A stretch of 53,734 nucleotides of DNA from Betaproteobacteria bacterium (GCA_052387775.1 JBQTIV010000071.1:1-53734), one strand, 5' to 3'. Positions 1 to 8,214 are shown, counted from the stretch's first letter. A program made the numbers and translations. Notes: generated by a model from the letters alone, not told the origin.

Positions 1-2017
1 CGACGTCGAACAGCGTCACGTTGCCGGTGTTGGTGACCGTGTAGCTGTAGTTGATCTCGTCGCCCGCGTCCTCGCCGTTGGCGTCCTGGTCCTCGACCCC
101 GTCGTTGGTCTTCACGACCGTGAGCTCAGGAGCGGCCCCGAAGTAGGAACTGTCGTCGCTGAATTGCGCTGTAACAAGGTTAAATGTGCCCTCGGCAGTG
201 CCGGTGTTCTCGTAGAGGTCTACCTCCGCCGTGCCCGTGGCCGTGTAATACCAGGTCTCGCCAACCTCGAGCACGTTGTCGTCGTCGTCGCCCGTCAGGT
301 ATGTCGGCGTCACGCCGAACTGGTCGTCGGTCACTACGACATCGGAAAGGTCATATGTGCCCGGATTTGTGACCTGGTAGATCCAGGTCACTTCCTCGCC
401 TACCAGGATGAAGGCACCGTCAGTGGCGTTGTTGGTGAAATCGCTCTCGACAGTGCCCGCCGTGGTAGTGCCGTCCAGCGTGCGCTTCTCGATGCCGATG
501 ATGACGTCCTGCGCATTGAACGTGAACTCGTCCTTAAACGTGAGCGTCCAGGCGTCGCCGTTCGTCAGGGTGATACTCACCTCATCGGCAACGGGGTCAA
601 TCTCCGTATCAGCCGTGTCTGGATCGTTGATAGGATCGACCTCCAAGAGGTCGACACTCGTCAAATCCCAGAAATCCGGAATGGGAGTTTCAACAATCGT
701 GTACTCGCCGAATTCCGTAAAGCTAAACGTTTTCGAGGAAAACACTCCGTCCCCGTCATCACCATCGTCGTCGAGCTCGAACGCTTGAATGAAACCGTTC
801 GGGCCGTAAATCTCAAATGCGAAGACCTGATCAGGATTTTCATTCTCATCGAAGGGGTCGAACGCGTCCTTCACGATCGTGATGGACATGGGCGTCCCCG
901 TAAGCGCCCACTCTTCAAACCCGCCGCCCGCATTATAAGCGCCGCCCTCGTAGCCGAATGCCGAATAGAGGTAAACGTACGGCAGTTCAGCGTCTTGGAA
1001 GAGTTCGTCGGGTATCAAGACCCGGATATCGCTCTGGCCGCTGCCGTGGGAGAGGTCGGCGTTAAGTGCCAACGAGGTATTGCCATCGCCGTCCATGTCG
1101 TAGACGAGTAGCGAGTCGCCGCTGGTAAACGATCCGTCTTCGGGATTGTCCGCAGTGCCGCCGGTACCGTACGTGAAGCCATGGAGCGATCCGTTCTCGC
1201 CCAGATAGATCTGCAGCGCATCAAGCGAAACGAATCCTTCGTTTTTGCTGTTGGGTTCGTTGATATCGAGCAGAAACTCGCGGTATTCAACCTCACCGAC
1301 CGTGACGATCGGCACGTTTGCCAAAAGTAGCGCCCGCGTAAACTGCGGGCTCGAGTTCTCGTCGAACTCAAGCGGCCGGTGATCGGTGTTGTAGCCCTGC
1401 TCGTTCGTGTCGTTTCCGGGGGACTGGACACGGACGAATGAATGGATGAACCCTGTTCCAGCCGGTTGTTGGTAGAACTGCTCGAAGACGGCGTCATTGA
1501 TCGACTCCGGACCATCGTCAGCCTCGACCAGATTATGGTCCAGGGGATCGGGCAGCGCGTCGGTGAACGAGGTCGATGCGACCTGCCCGGTCGAGGTGTC
1601 ATCCTTGGTTCCCGCTTTGCCATCTTTTCCCAAGTTGATGCCGCTCGCTGTCAGCAAGAATGTCGAGCCGAACGAATCGTCGGGGTTCACATACCAACTG
1701 GTGACGATGGTCCCGTTTGCGACACCGTCAAGATCGCCCCCGTCATCCGCAGTGCCTAGGAGGCCGTCGGCACCCGCGGTTCGCACCCCGTCGGTGACAT
1801 ACCACTTCTGGTGGCCCCCGCCCGTCGCGTTCGTCTGGGTATCGAGCTTGTCATCCAGGGTTCCGTACTTGCCGTCCTTGCCCGCATCCAGTACATGCGA
1901 TACCTGGAAGGCGATGGTTGACCCAACCAGGAAGTTTTTCGCGGTGATGACCGCCGTGCTGCCCGGCAGGTAGTCGAGGAGGTCGGTCGTTACACTCGGG
2001 CTGGGTGTGGTTGCCAT
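1..2017 (-). CDS. Large secreted repeat protein / putative adhesin, N-terminal part only (continues beyond window start); probable T1SS substrate
   Basis: ATG at 2017 after a GGGGA RBS, and the frame runs to the window edge. Reads MATTPSPSVTTDLLDYLPGSTAVITAKNF..., with three GxDGxxGTxDD motifs, an FVRVQ..EQGYNTD..FDEN segment, a prealbumin/SpaA-like segment and DUF11/DUF7507-like repeats (GEEVTWIYQVTNPG; GDEINYSYTVTNTGNVTLFDV). Acidic and Thr/Gly-rich, with no Sec signal. Confidence 0.85.
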   Translation of the reverse strand, partial: MATTPSPSVTTDLLDYLPGSTAVITAKNFLVGSTIAFQVSHVLDAGKDGKYGTLDDKLDTQTNATGGGHQKWYVTDGVRTAGADGLLGTADDGGDLDGVANGTIVTSWYVNPDDSFGSTFLLTASGINLGKDGKAGTKDDTSTGQVASTSFTDALPDPLDHNLVEADDGPESINDAVFEQFYQQPAGTGFIHSFVRVQSPGNDTNEQGYNTDHRPLEFDENSSPQFTRALLLANVPIVTVGEVEYREFLLDINEPNSKNEGFVSLDALQIYLGENGSLHGFTYGTGGTADNPEDGSFTSGDSLLVYDMDGDGNTSLALNADLSHGSGQSDIRVLIPDELFQDAELPYVYLYSAFGYEGGAYNAGGGFEEWALTGTPMSITIVKDAFDPFDENENPDQVFAFEIYGPNGFIQAFELDDDGDDGDGVFSSKTFSFTEFGEYTIVETPIPDFWDLTSVDLLEVDPINDPDTADTEIDPVADEVSITLTNGDAWTLTFKDEFTFNAQDVIIGIEKRTLDGTTTAGTVESDFTNNATDGAFILVGEEVTWIYQVTNPGTYDLSDVVVTDDQFGVTPTYLTGDDDDNVLEVGETWYYTATGTAEVDLYENTGTAEGTFNLVTAQFSDDSSYFGAAPELTVVKTNDGVEDQDANGEDAGDEINYSYTVTNTGNVTLFDV

Positions 2018-2061
2018 GGTTTTCCCCTAAATTCAGAAATTGTGATTGCCTGGTTTATCAA

Positions 2062-2394
2062 TTAAGCATTTCCGGCGCACGACGGATATCGAAGTCCTGT
2101 GCGCGCCGCGTGAAATCTTGTGATTGCATCGTCAATCGCCACGTAATCGAACGAGACGATGTGGCTGTCGCCGGAGTAAAGGGAGTCAAACGGGCCGATG
2201 GGAACGAACGACCGGATCCCGTGCGCGGTAAAGGCGCACCCCATGGGCGCGTGGCCCATCAGGCTGGAGCAGAAATCGGTGGTGTTGTCGGCCGCCGTGC
2301 CGCTGAACGCCATGTCCTCATCGGACAAGGCGTTGACACTGGTGGAAAGAGACGGCTGGGCGCCGTCCAACGACCGTTCGTTGACGTGAAACAC
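2062..2394 (-). CDS. Small ORF or remnant containing one degenerate VCBS/cadherin-like Ig repeat
   Basis: GTG at 2394 after AGGGAGG. FVPIGPFDSLYSGDSHIVSFDYVAIDD resembles the VCBS-type motif FDPNGAFDSLxxGExxxVSFTYxxxD. Lies between the riboswitch and the adhesin gene. Confidence 0.45.
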   Translation of the reverse strand: MFHVNERSLDGAQPSLSTSVNALSDEDMAFSGTAADNTTDFCSSLMGHAPMGCAFTAHGIRSFVPIGPFDSLYSGDSHIVSFDYVAIDDAITRFHAARTGLRYPSCAGNA

Positions 2395-2580
2395 ACTTCC
2401 TCCCTTGAACAACGGTGACGCCCGCTACTTGCACAACCTCATCGCCTACGGCCGCCTCAGTATCCTCTGACCCGGCCGCGTGTGCCCTTTGATAAAGATC
2501 AAGAGCACAACAATGAGCTCAAATATTTTTCTGACTTTTTTATTTTCTTGCGCGGAGCGCCGCGATGCACGCTTCCGCAC

Positions 2581-2616
2581 AAATAAAAAAACCGGGTTGC
2601 CTTTAAGGCAACCCGG
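2581..2616 (-). terminator. Intrinsic terminator (riboswitch expression platform)
   Basis: CCGGGTTGCC-TTAAA-GGCAACCCGG stem followed by TTTTTTTATTT on the minus strand. Its 5' arm is the 3' end of the aptamer. Confidence 0.9.
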
Positions 2617-2680
2617 CCGTCTTTGCAGGAGACCCGTGGTTTTCCGACCCCGCATTTCTACGGGTGTGGCTTTGTCTTAA
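2603..2680 (-). ncRNA. c-di-GMP-I (GEMM) riboswitch aptamer
   Basis: Minus strand reads UUAAG-ACAAAG-CC-ACA-CCCGUA-GAAA-UGCGGG-GUC-GG-AAA-ACCACGGGUCU-CCUGCAA-AGAC-GGCCGGGUUGC-CUUAA. This gives P1 UUAAG/CUUAA, P2 with a GAAA tetraloop, an AAA junction, P3 and a 3' GGUUGCC, matching the GEMM architecture with G20 and C92 equivalents retained. Confidence 0.88.
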
Positions 2681-2825
2681 GTAGAACCGGATCGAGGCGC
2701 GCAACCCACTACTACAACTGGACCGCCCAACCCTTTTTTTGCCCTGGCTTCCAGCCGGATCGATGGATCAATCCCCGTTTCCACCGATGCGGCCGATCGA
2801 ACCGATATGATCGTAACGCCGAAAA

Positions 2826-2842
2826 AGCTTAACCTATGCCAA
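2826..2842 (-). promoter_or_regulatory. Possible sigma-54 promoter facing the riboswitch and adhesin
   Basis: TGGCAT-AGGTT-AAGC keeps GG-N10-GC spacing, but the -12 box is AAGC rather than TTGC. Confidence 0.3.
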
Positions 2843-3024
2843 GATAAAGTCAACAGTTGATGAATTTAGTAATGCACATTTCATATTGGCGTTGGGCGCG
2901 ATCAGGGAGTCGGTCCCGCCATTGTGATATAGCCCGATGCCCTCAACCGATTCTGCAGATAACACATGAATTCAGCGCAGCAACTATATGTTTGAAAAAG
3001 GCTCAGACCTGCAAGGCAAGCAAT

Positions 3025-3199
3025 TGGGCGATTCGGGGATTGAGCAATTGAGCGGCCTCCCCAGAAGGCGGGGAAGGGAAGCGAACGAGCGATTCGGCGA
3101 TTAAGCGATTTAGAGCCCTCCCACCCTACCCTCCCCCGCAAGCGGGGATAGGGAGGCGGTTGAGCGATTCGGCGATTGAGCGATTGAGAGCCCTCCCCC
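3025..3199. repeat. Left composite repeat: REP-like CCCTCCCCCGCAAGCGGGGATAGGG palindrome plus GCGATTRR octamer arrays
   Basis: Full unit at 3120-3199; partial or degenerate copies at ~3087-3120 and ~3025-3062. Confidence 0.85.
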
Positions 3200-3280
3200 G
3201 CTAGCACAACCGGTACGGGGCCTGGCTAACATTTACTTGAGCACATAATACTTCCACATATACACGTTGGAGGGAGCGGC

Positions 3281-3509
3281 ATGGGCCAAATGACCATTTA
3301 CCTGGATAGCGAAACGGAAGCGAAGGCACGGGCGGCGGCGCGCGCCGAGGGAATGCCGCTCAGCAAGTGGGTTGCCGGGCGCATACGACGGCGCGCGCGG
3401 CGAATGGCCCGACGCAGTCCGGGCGCTGGCGGGCGCATGGCCCGACCTGCCCTCGCCCGCGCGGATCCGCAAATCGAGGGCGAAGGACGTCGCACGAGGC
3501 CGCGTGTAG
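3281..3509 (+). pseudogene. CopG/RHH-type antitoxin, frameshifted
   Basis: MGQMTIYLDSETEAKARAAARAEGMPLSKWVA. The family-like C-terminus GEWPDAVRALAGAWPDLPSP...* resumes in the +1 frame at 3399, consistent with loss of one GC from a CG run. Stop TAG at 3507-3509. Confidence 0.75.
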
Positions 3510-3511
3510 CG

Positions 3512-3906
3512 ATGTACGCCTTGGACACCAATACGGTCCTTGACTACTTCAAGGGGAAAGGCGAGGTCGCGAAGAATTTGCTTGCGGTCCCACCGGGGGA
3601 AGTGGCGTTGCCCGCCATCGTTGCCTACGAAGTCTGGTTCGGTGTGCTGGGCTCGCAGAACGCCAAGCGCCGCCAGGCCTAGTACGAGCAGTTCCTCGCG
3701 ACAGTCGAGGTCCTGCCGTTCGATTCCACCGTCGGCCGGCGGGCCGCAGAGCTCCGTTACGCCCTGGAGCGCCGCGGTGAAGGCATAGGCCCAATGGACA
3801 CCTTGATCGCGGCTACGGCGCTCTCACGCAACGCAACCCTGGTGACGCGCAACCTGCGCGAATTCGGCAGGGTGCAGGGGTTGACTTCGTCGACTGGCAC
3901 GGCTGA
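3512..3906 (+). pseudogene. vapC: VapC/PIN toxin with an internal stop and a 3' frameshift
   Basis: MYALDTN...YEVWFG...IGPMDTLIAATALSRNATLVTRNLREFGRVQGL. In-frame TAG at 3680-3682; the expected ending FVDWHG* is in a shifted frame (3886-3906). Confidence 0.85.
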
Positions 3907-4026
3907 GAGAAAAGCGATAGGAAAATCAATCCGGCACCGATTTTGCCGCGCCGAGCCCGTGCGCCGGTCGAACATTGCGAATGAGCTCGCAGAGTGCGCA
4001 TGACGGGTTTTATGTTCACGCTGCCC

Positions 4027-4107
4027 CCCACCCTAATCCTCCCCCGCAAGCGGAGATAGGGAGGCGATTGAGCGATTCGGCGATTAAGCGATTGAGAGCC
4101 CTCCCCC
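4027..4107. repeat. Right copy of the ~80-bp composite direct repeat
   Basis: Matches 3120-3199 with about five differences. Confidence 0.85.
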
Positions 4108-4294
4108 TGCGGCCCAGGGGGGCTTGTAATGTGGCCGGCAGACGCCCAGAATGTCCATGTTTTTTGCGGTACGGCAATAACTTAGCAGCGATATAACAAC
4201 AAGCTGCCCGGTCAAAACGGGACCACGGGCACGGTAACGGCCTGGGGGAGGGCCACCACAGGTTTGGCAGTACCCATTGGGAGGTAACGCGCCA

Positions 4295-6001
4295 GTGCGC
4301 GAATTTTTTGTCCGGTTCCGGTCCTACTTCATCTACGCGGCCTTCTTCAGCCTGGCGATAAACCTGCTGATGCTGGTGCCTGCACTTTTCATGCTGCAGG
4401 TTTTCGACCGCGTGGTCAGCAGCCGCAGCCAGGAAACCCTGGTGATGCTCGCGGTACTGGCCGGCGGCGCGCTGCTTTTCATGGCCTATCTGGATGTGAT
4501 CCGCTCGCGGCTGCTTTCCGGCGCGGGCGTGGCTCTGGAGAAACTGGTGGGTCCGCGCGTGCTCGTCGACATGGTTCGACGCGGCACCATGCCGAATAAT
4601 CGCAATGCGATGCACGGGCTGCGCGATGTCGGTGCGATACGCGCCTTCCTGACCGGACCGGGGATCGTGGCGCTTTTCGATGCGCCCTGGGTACCGATCT
4701 TCGTATTGATCATCTGGCTTTTCCACCCGCTGCTCGGCGGCATTGCGCTGGCCGGTGCAGTGCTTCTTTTCGGCATCGCCTGGCTGAACGAAAGGCTCTC
4801 GCGCAAGCCGCTGGAGCAGATGCAACTCGAGTCGCGCAAGGCGGGCCGCTTCGCCGATCAGACCGTCAGCCATGCCGAAGTGGCCGGCGCGTTGGGCATG
4901 GTCGAGAATCTCGCCCGCGGCTGGCGCGGACTCAGCCATAACGTGCTCAACCATCAGTTGGACGCCAATCGCGCCTCATCACTGGCATCGAGCGCATCGC
5001 GCTTCACCCGCCAGTTCCTGCAGGTGGCGATGCTGGCGGCGGGCGCCTGGCTGGTCATCAATCAGTCGGCAACGATCGGCGTAATGATCGCCGCTACTAT
5101 CCTGCTCGGCAGGGCGCTGGCGCCGGTGGAATCGGCGATCGCCGGGTGGAAGAGCCTCGTCGATGCGCGCAGCGCCTACGGGCGACTGGACAAGGATCTG
5201 AGCGCAGCAAAGGACGCCGAGCCGGTAACGAAACTGCCGGCGCCGGTTGGCGCCCTTAACGTGGAGCAGGTGGTGTTCGGGTTTGTCGGCCAGGACAAGC
5301 CGATCATCAAGCGGGTGTCATTCGATCTGCGGGCCGGTGAAGCGCTGGCAATCGTGGGGCCAAGCGCGGCAGGCAAGTCGACATTGACGAAACTGATCGT
5401 CGGCATCTGGCGCCCGCTGACGGGCGTGGTCCGGCTGGACGGCGCGGATATCAGCACGTGGCCGCGCGAGCGCCTCGGGCCATTCGTCGGCTACTTGCCG
5501 CAGAACGTCGAACTGTTTGCGGGCACGGTGAGCGAAAACATCGCGCGCCTTGGCGAAGTCAATTCCTCGGCGGTGATCGAAGCGGCCAAGCGAGCCAATG
5601 CGCATGAAATGATCCTGCGGCTGCCGAAGGGCTACGACACGCCGATCGGCGATGGCGGCGCATTTCTTTCCGCCGGGCAGCGCCAGCGCGTCGCACTGGC
5701 GCGGGCGCTGTATGGCACGCCACGGTTGGTCGTACTGGACGAGCCGAACTCCAACCTGGACAACGAAGGCGAGACCGCGCTGATCGAAGCGATGCGCAAC
5801 CTCAAGCCTGCCGGCGTGACGGTGGTCGTGGTCACACACCGCACGCCGCTTCTCGCCGCCATGGACAAGGTGATCCTGCTGCGCGACGGCGTAGTCGAAA
5901 AGCAGGGAGCCGTTGCCGACGTTCTCGGTCCGGCGCGCCCGCGCCCGGCCGAGGCCGGTGCCCAGGCGGGCGCCGAGCAGGCCGTGATCAAGCGCGGTTA
6001 G
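4295..6001 (+). CDS. prtD: Type I secretion ABC transporter permease/ATPase (PrtD/AprD family)
   Basis: GTG at 4295 after GGGAGG. Motifs FMLQVFDRV, FDAPW, Walker A GPSAAGKST, LSAGQRQR, LDEPNSNLD. Confidence 0.92.
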   Translation: MREFFVRFRSYFIYAAFFSLAINLLMLVPALFMLQVFDRVVSSRSQETLVMLAVLAGGALLFMAYLDVIRSRLLSGAGVALEKLVGPRVLVDMVRRGTMPNNRNAMHGLRDVGAIRAFLTGPGIVALFDAPWVPIFVLIIWLFHPLLGGIALAGAVLLFGIAWLNERLSRKPLEQMQLESRKAGRFADQTVSHAEVAGALGMVENLARGWRGLSHNVLNHQLDANRASSLASSASRFTRQFLQVAMLAAGAWLVINQSATIGVMIAATILLGRALAPVESAIAGWKSLVDARSAYGRLDKDLSAAKDAEPVTKLPAPVGALNVEQVVFGFVGQDKPIIKRVSFDLRAGEALAIVGPSAAGKSTLTKLIVGIWRPLTGVVRLDGADISTWPRERLGPFVGYLPQNVELFAGTVSENIARLGEVNSSAVIEAAKRANAHEMILRLPKGYDTPIGDGGAFLSAGQRQRVALARALYGTPRLVVLDEPNSNLDNEGETALIEAMRNLKPAGVTVVVVTHRTPLLAAMDKVILLRDGVVEKQGAVADVLGPARPRPAEAGAQAGAEQAVIKRG

Positions 6002-6013
6002 GTTTATAGATAC

Positions 6014-7348
6014 ATGGCCAACTCTCTCCTCGATCTGGTACTGCCATCGCTTGACGTCGAGCAGGCCGACAATCCCCGCCGGCTAATCCACGCGGGGTTG
6101 GCCGCTATCGTGCTGTTGATTCTCAGCGTTTCGGCATGGGTCGCCCTGGCGCCGGTGAGCGGCGCCGCCATCGCGCCGGGCGTGGTGAAGGTGGACATGA
6201 ACCGCAAGACGGTGCAACACCAGGAGGGCGGGCTCGTCAGCGAGATCCTGGTGCGCGATGGCGACAAGGTGAAAGCCGGGCAGACGCTGATCGTGCTGAG
6301 GGATATCCGCGTCGACGCCGGCAACGAGCTGGCAAAGACGCAGCTCGACGCCGATCTGGCGAAAGCAGCGCGCCTCGCCGCAGAACAGGCGTGGGCGCTG
6401 AAAATCAAATTTCCCGATGAACTGCTTGCCCGCAAAGACGATCCGCGGGTGGCGGAGCTGTTGCAACGCGAAAGCGAATTGTTCAAGGCGCGTCGCGATG
6501 CATACGGGAACCAGGTCGCGCTGATTCGCACGCAGATTCACGAGATCGAGGCCGAAATCGCCGGGCGCAAACAGCAGCTTCGTGCCGACAGCGACGCGAT
6601 ACGGCTGTTGCAGGAAGAGCTTACCGCCAACGAGTCGCTGGTCGGCGAGGGCTTCGTCTCCAAGGTCCGCATCCTGACCCTGCAACGCAACCGCGCCGAG
6701 CTTTTGTCGCGGCGCGGAGAAAATGAATCGGAACTTTCGCGCGCACGCCAGAAAGTTGCTGACCTGCAACTGCGCGCGGAAACGCTACGCAGCACTTTTA
6801 TGCAGGAAGCCGCGGGAGAACTCAGCCAGACGACTGCGAAAATCTTCGACCTGCAGGAGCGCGTGCGCCCGGCGCAGGACGCGGAGGAACGCCAGCGCAT
6901 CACCGCGCCGATCGCCGGCGAGGTGGTGGATCTGAAAATAACTTCGATCGGCGGCGTGATCGGTCCGCGCGAACCGATACTCGACATCGTGCCGGAAAAC
7001 CCGGACCTGATCGTCGAGGCACGCGTGCGCCCGGAGGACATCAACTTTGTCCACGCGGGCGCCGAAGCCGATGTGCGGCTGACTTCGTTCCGCCGCCGGA
7101 TCACCCCGACAGTCGCGGGCACGGTGGTCTACGTCTCCGCCGACCGGCTGGAGGACAGGGCCACCAACACCTTTTACTACACTGCGCGGGTGCGGGTGAC
7201 GCCGCAGGTACTTAAGCAGGCCGGCAATCTCATGCTGCAGGCCGGCATGCCGGCCGAAGTCTTCGTCAAGACCGAAGCGCGCACGGCCTTCGAATACCTC
7301 CTCGATCCGATCTCCGGTTTCCTGCAGCGCTCGATGCGCGAGCATTAG
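6014..7348 (+). CDS. prtE: HlyD-family type I secretion membrane fusion protein (PrtE/AprE)
   Basis: N-terminal TM, VQHQEGG..EILVRDGDKV, long coiled coil, ITAPIAG, GMPAEVFVKT. Confidence 0.92.
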   Translation: MANSLLDLVLPSLDVEQADNPRRLIHAGLAAIVLLILSVSAWVALAPVSGAAIAPGVVKVDMNRKTVQHQEGGLVSEILVRDGDKVKAGQTLIVLRDIRVDAGNELAKTQLDADLAKAARLAAEQAWALKIKFPDELLARKDDPRVAELLQRESELFKARRDAYGNQVALIRTQIHEIEAEIAGRKQQLRADSDAIRLLQEELTANESLVGEGFVSKVRILTLQRNRAELLSRRGENESELSRARQKVADLQLRAETLRSTFMQEAAGELSQTTAKIFDLQERVRPAQDAEERQRITAPIAGEVVDLKITSIGGVIGPREPILDIVPENPDLIVEARVRPEDINFVHAGAEADVRLTSFRRRITPTVAGTVVYVSADRLEDRATNTFYYTARVRVTPQVLKQAGNLMLQAGMPAEVFVKTEARTAFEYLLDPISGFLQRSMREH

Positions 7349-7445
7349 GAAAGGACTGAGGACGACAGAACAGGATTGAGGATTGCGGATTGAGGATTGA
7401 GCAAGTGCAAGGACTCAGAACGACACAACAGGATTGAGGACGGAG
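7349..7445. repeat. GAGGATT heptamer array containing a 32-bp direct repeat
   Basis: 7351-7382 and 7409-7440 differ at three positions; starts immediately after the prtE stop. Confidence 0.8.
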
Positions 7446-7552
7446 TTAAGGCGAGTGCCCACTCGCTTGCAGCGCGTCAAGGCTAAACAGCCCGATCTTT
7501 CCCTTGAGCAGCGCGCCGAACCGCTGCTGCGCAATCTCGATCCTGCGCCGAC

Positions 7553-7915
7553 TTATCTGATCCGTGAGGCCATGGGTTTCACTGAAAGCCGCAATCCGGC
7601 AGCGGCGAGCAATGCGGTCAAGCTGCGCAGCTCGGGGTTGCCCGATTCGGAAAGCATCCGGTAGGTCGCTTCGCGGCTGAGCTTCGACTTGCGAGCGACT
7701 TTGGAAACGCCGCCGACCGCCTGCGCGACGTGGCGCAGCGCGAGCATCAGCCCCGCCTGGTCGCCGTCCTCGATCGCCGCTTCGAGATACGCCGCCGCTT
7801 CTTCAGGGTCTTTCAGGCGTTCGATCAGCCATGGTTCATACGGGACGCTTGGGGGAGCGGCTTTTTTCGGCGCGGTCCTTGTAGTCCTGTAGGTACGCTT
7901 TCGCATGTTCGACAT
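7553..7915 (-). CDS. Addiction-module antidote protein (HI1420-like HTH antitoxin), orphan
   Basis: LKDPEEAAAYLEAAIEDGD..LMLALRHVAQAVGGVSKVA..SREATYRMLSESGNPELRSL. Start at 7915 or 7906. No cognate toxin gene adjacent. Confidence 0.85.
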   Translation of the reverse strand: MSNMRKRTYRTTRTAPKKAAPPSVPYEPWLIERLKDPEEAAAYLEAAIEDGDQAGLMLALRHVAQAVGGVSKVARKSKLSREATYRMLSESGNPELRSLTALLAAAGLRLSVKPMASRIR

Positions 7916-7920
7916 GAGCA

Positions 7921-7940
7921 CTGTAACTTATAGATTACAG
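7921..7940. promoter_or_regulatory. Inverted repeat, probable antitoxin operator
   Basis: CTGTAA-CTTATAGA-TTACAG lies directly upstream of the antidote start codon. Confidence 0.55.
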
Positions 7941-7944
7941 AGAC

Positions 7945-8158
7945 TCAAGCGCGGCGCGGGTATTTGCCGAGGGGAGAGCTGCCGACCAGTAGGAAGCCTG
8001 CGGCGGTGAGGCGCCCGCGCGTTTCGGGAAGGCGGGTGATGCGCACCACCTCGGCGTCGAGCCTCGTGATGATCTGCGGCGGCGTCCCGGCGGTCACGAG
8101 GAACCCGGTTCACGAATCGAATCCACGTTTAAAGCTTGGGAAGCTTTCCTTCTACCAT
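7945..8158 (-). pseudogene. C-terminal fragment of a Bug/TctC tripartite tricarboxylate transporter binding protein
   Basis: Reads ..DS*TGFLVTAGTPPQIITRLDAEVVRITRLPETRGRLTAAGFLLVGSSP, with TGA (8110-8112) replacing the conserved Trp of W-x-G-x-x-x-PAGTP. Upstream MVEGKLP is in another frame. Confidence 0.65.
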
Positions 8159-8214
8159 TGAACTACACCCGCGTGCTAGCATTGCATGTTCACGAAAATG
8201 GCTCGTATCTTGAA

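Noticed and set aside
164-1973. Plus-strand ORFs 164-1111, 408-788, 1442-1759, 1497-1973 and minus-strand ORF 1015-1623
   Set aside because: Shadow frames of the large minus-strand protein starting at 2017. Similar antisense ORFs throughout the window reflect GC-rich codon bias.
3680-3682. Programmed read-through (pyrrolysine) of the vapC TAG
   Set aside because: Additional frameshifts in the same module indicate decay, and there are no pyl genes in the window.
3025-4107. Integron attC cassette or CRISPR interpretation of the repeats
   Set aside because: No RYYYAAC/GTTRRRY attC ends, no integrase, no regular unique spacers and no cas genes.
7351-7440. 32-bp direct repeat with a 26-bp spacer resembling a mini-CRISPR
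   Set aside because: Only two imperfect copies, and the spacer is made of the same heptamer.
7921-7940. LexA box
   Set aside because: Spacing is CTGT-N12-ACAG, not CTGT-N8-ACAG.
7945-8214. TPP riboswitch upstream of thiS-thiG
   Set aside because: No CTGAGA/ACCTG core motifs; the region is better explained as a Bug/TctC remnant.
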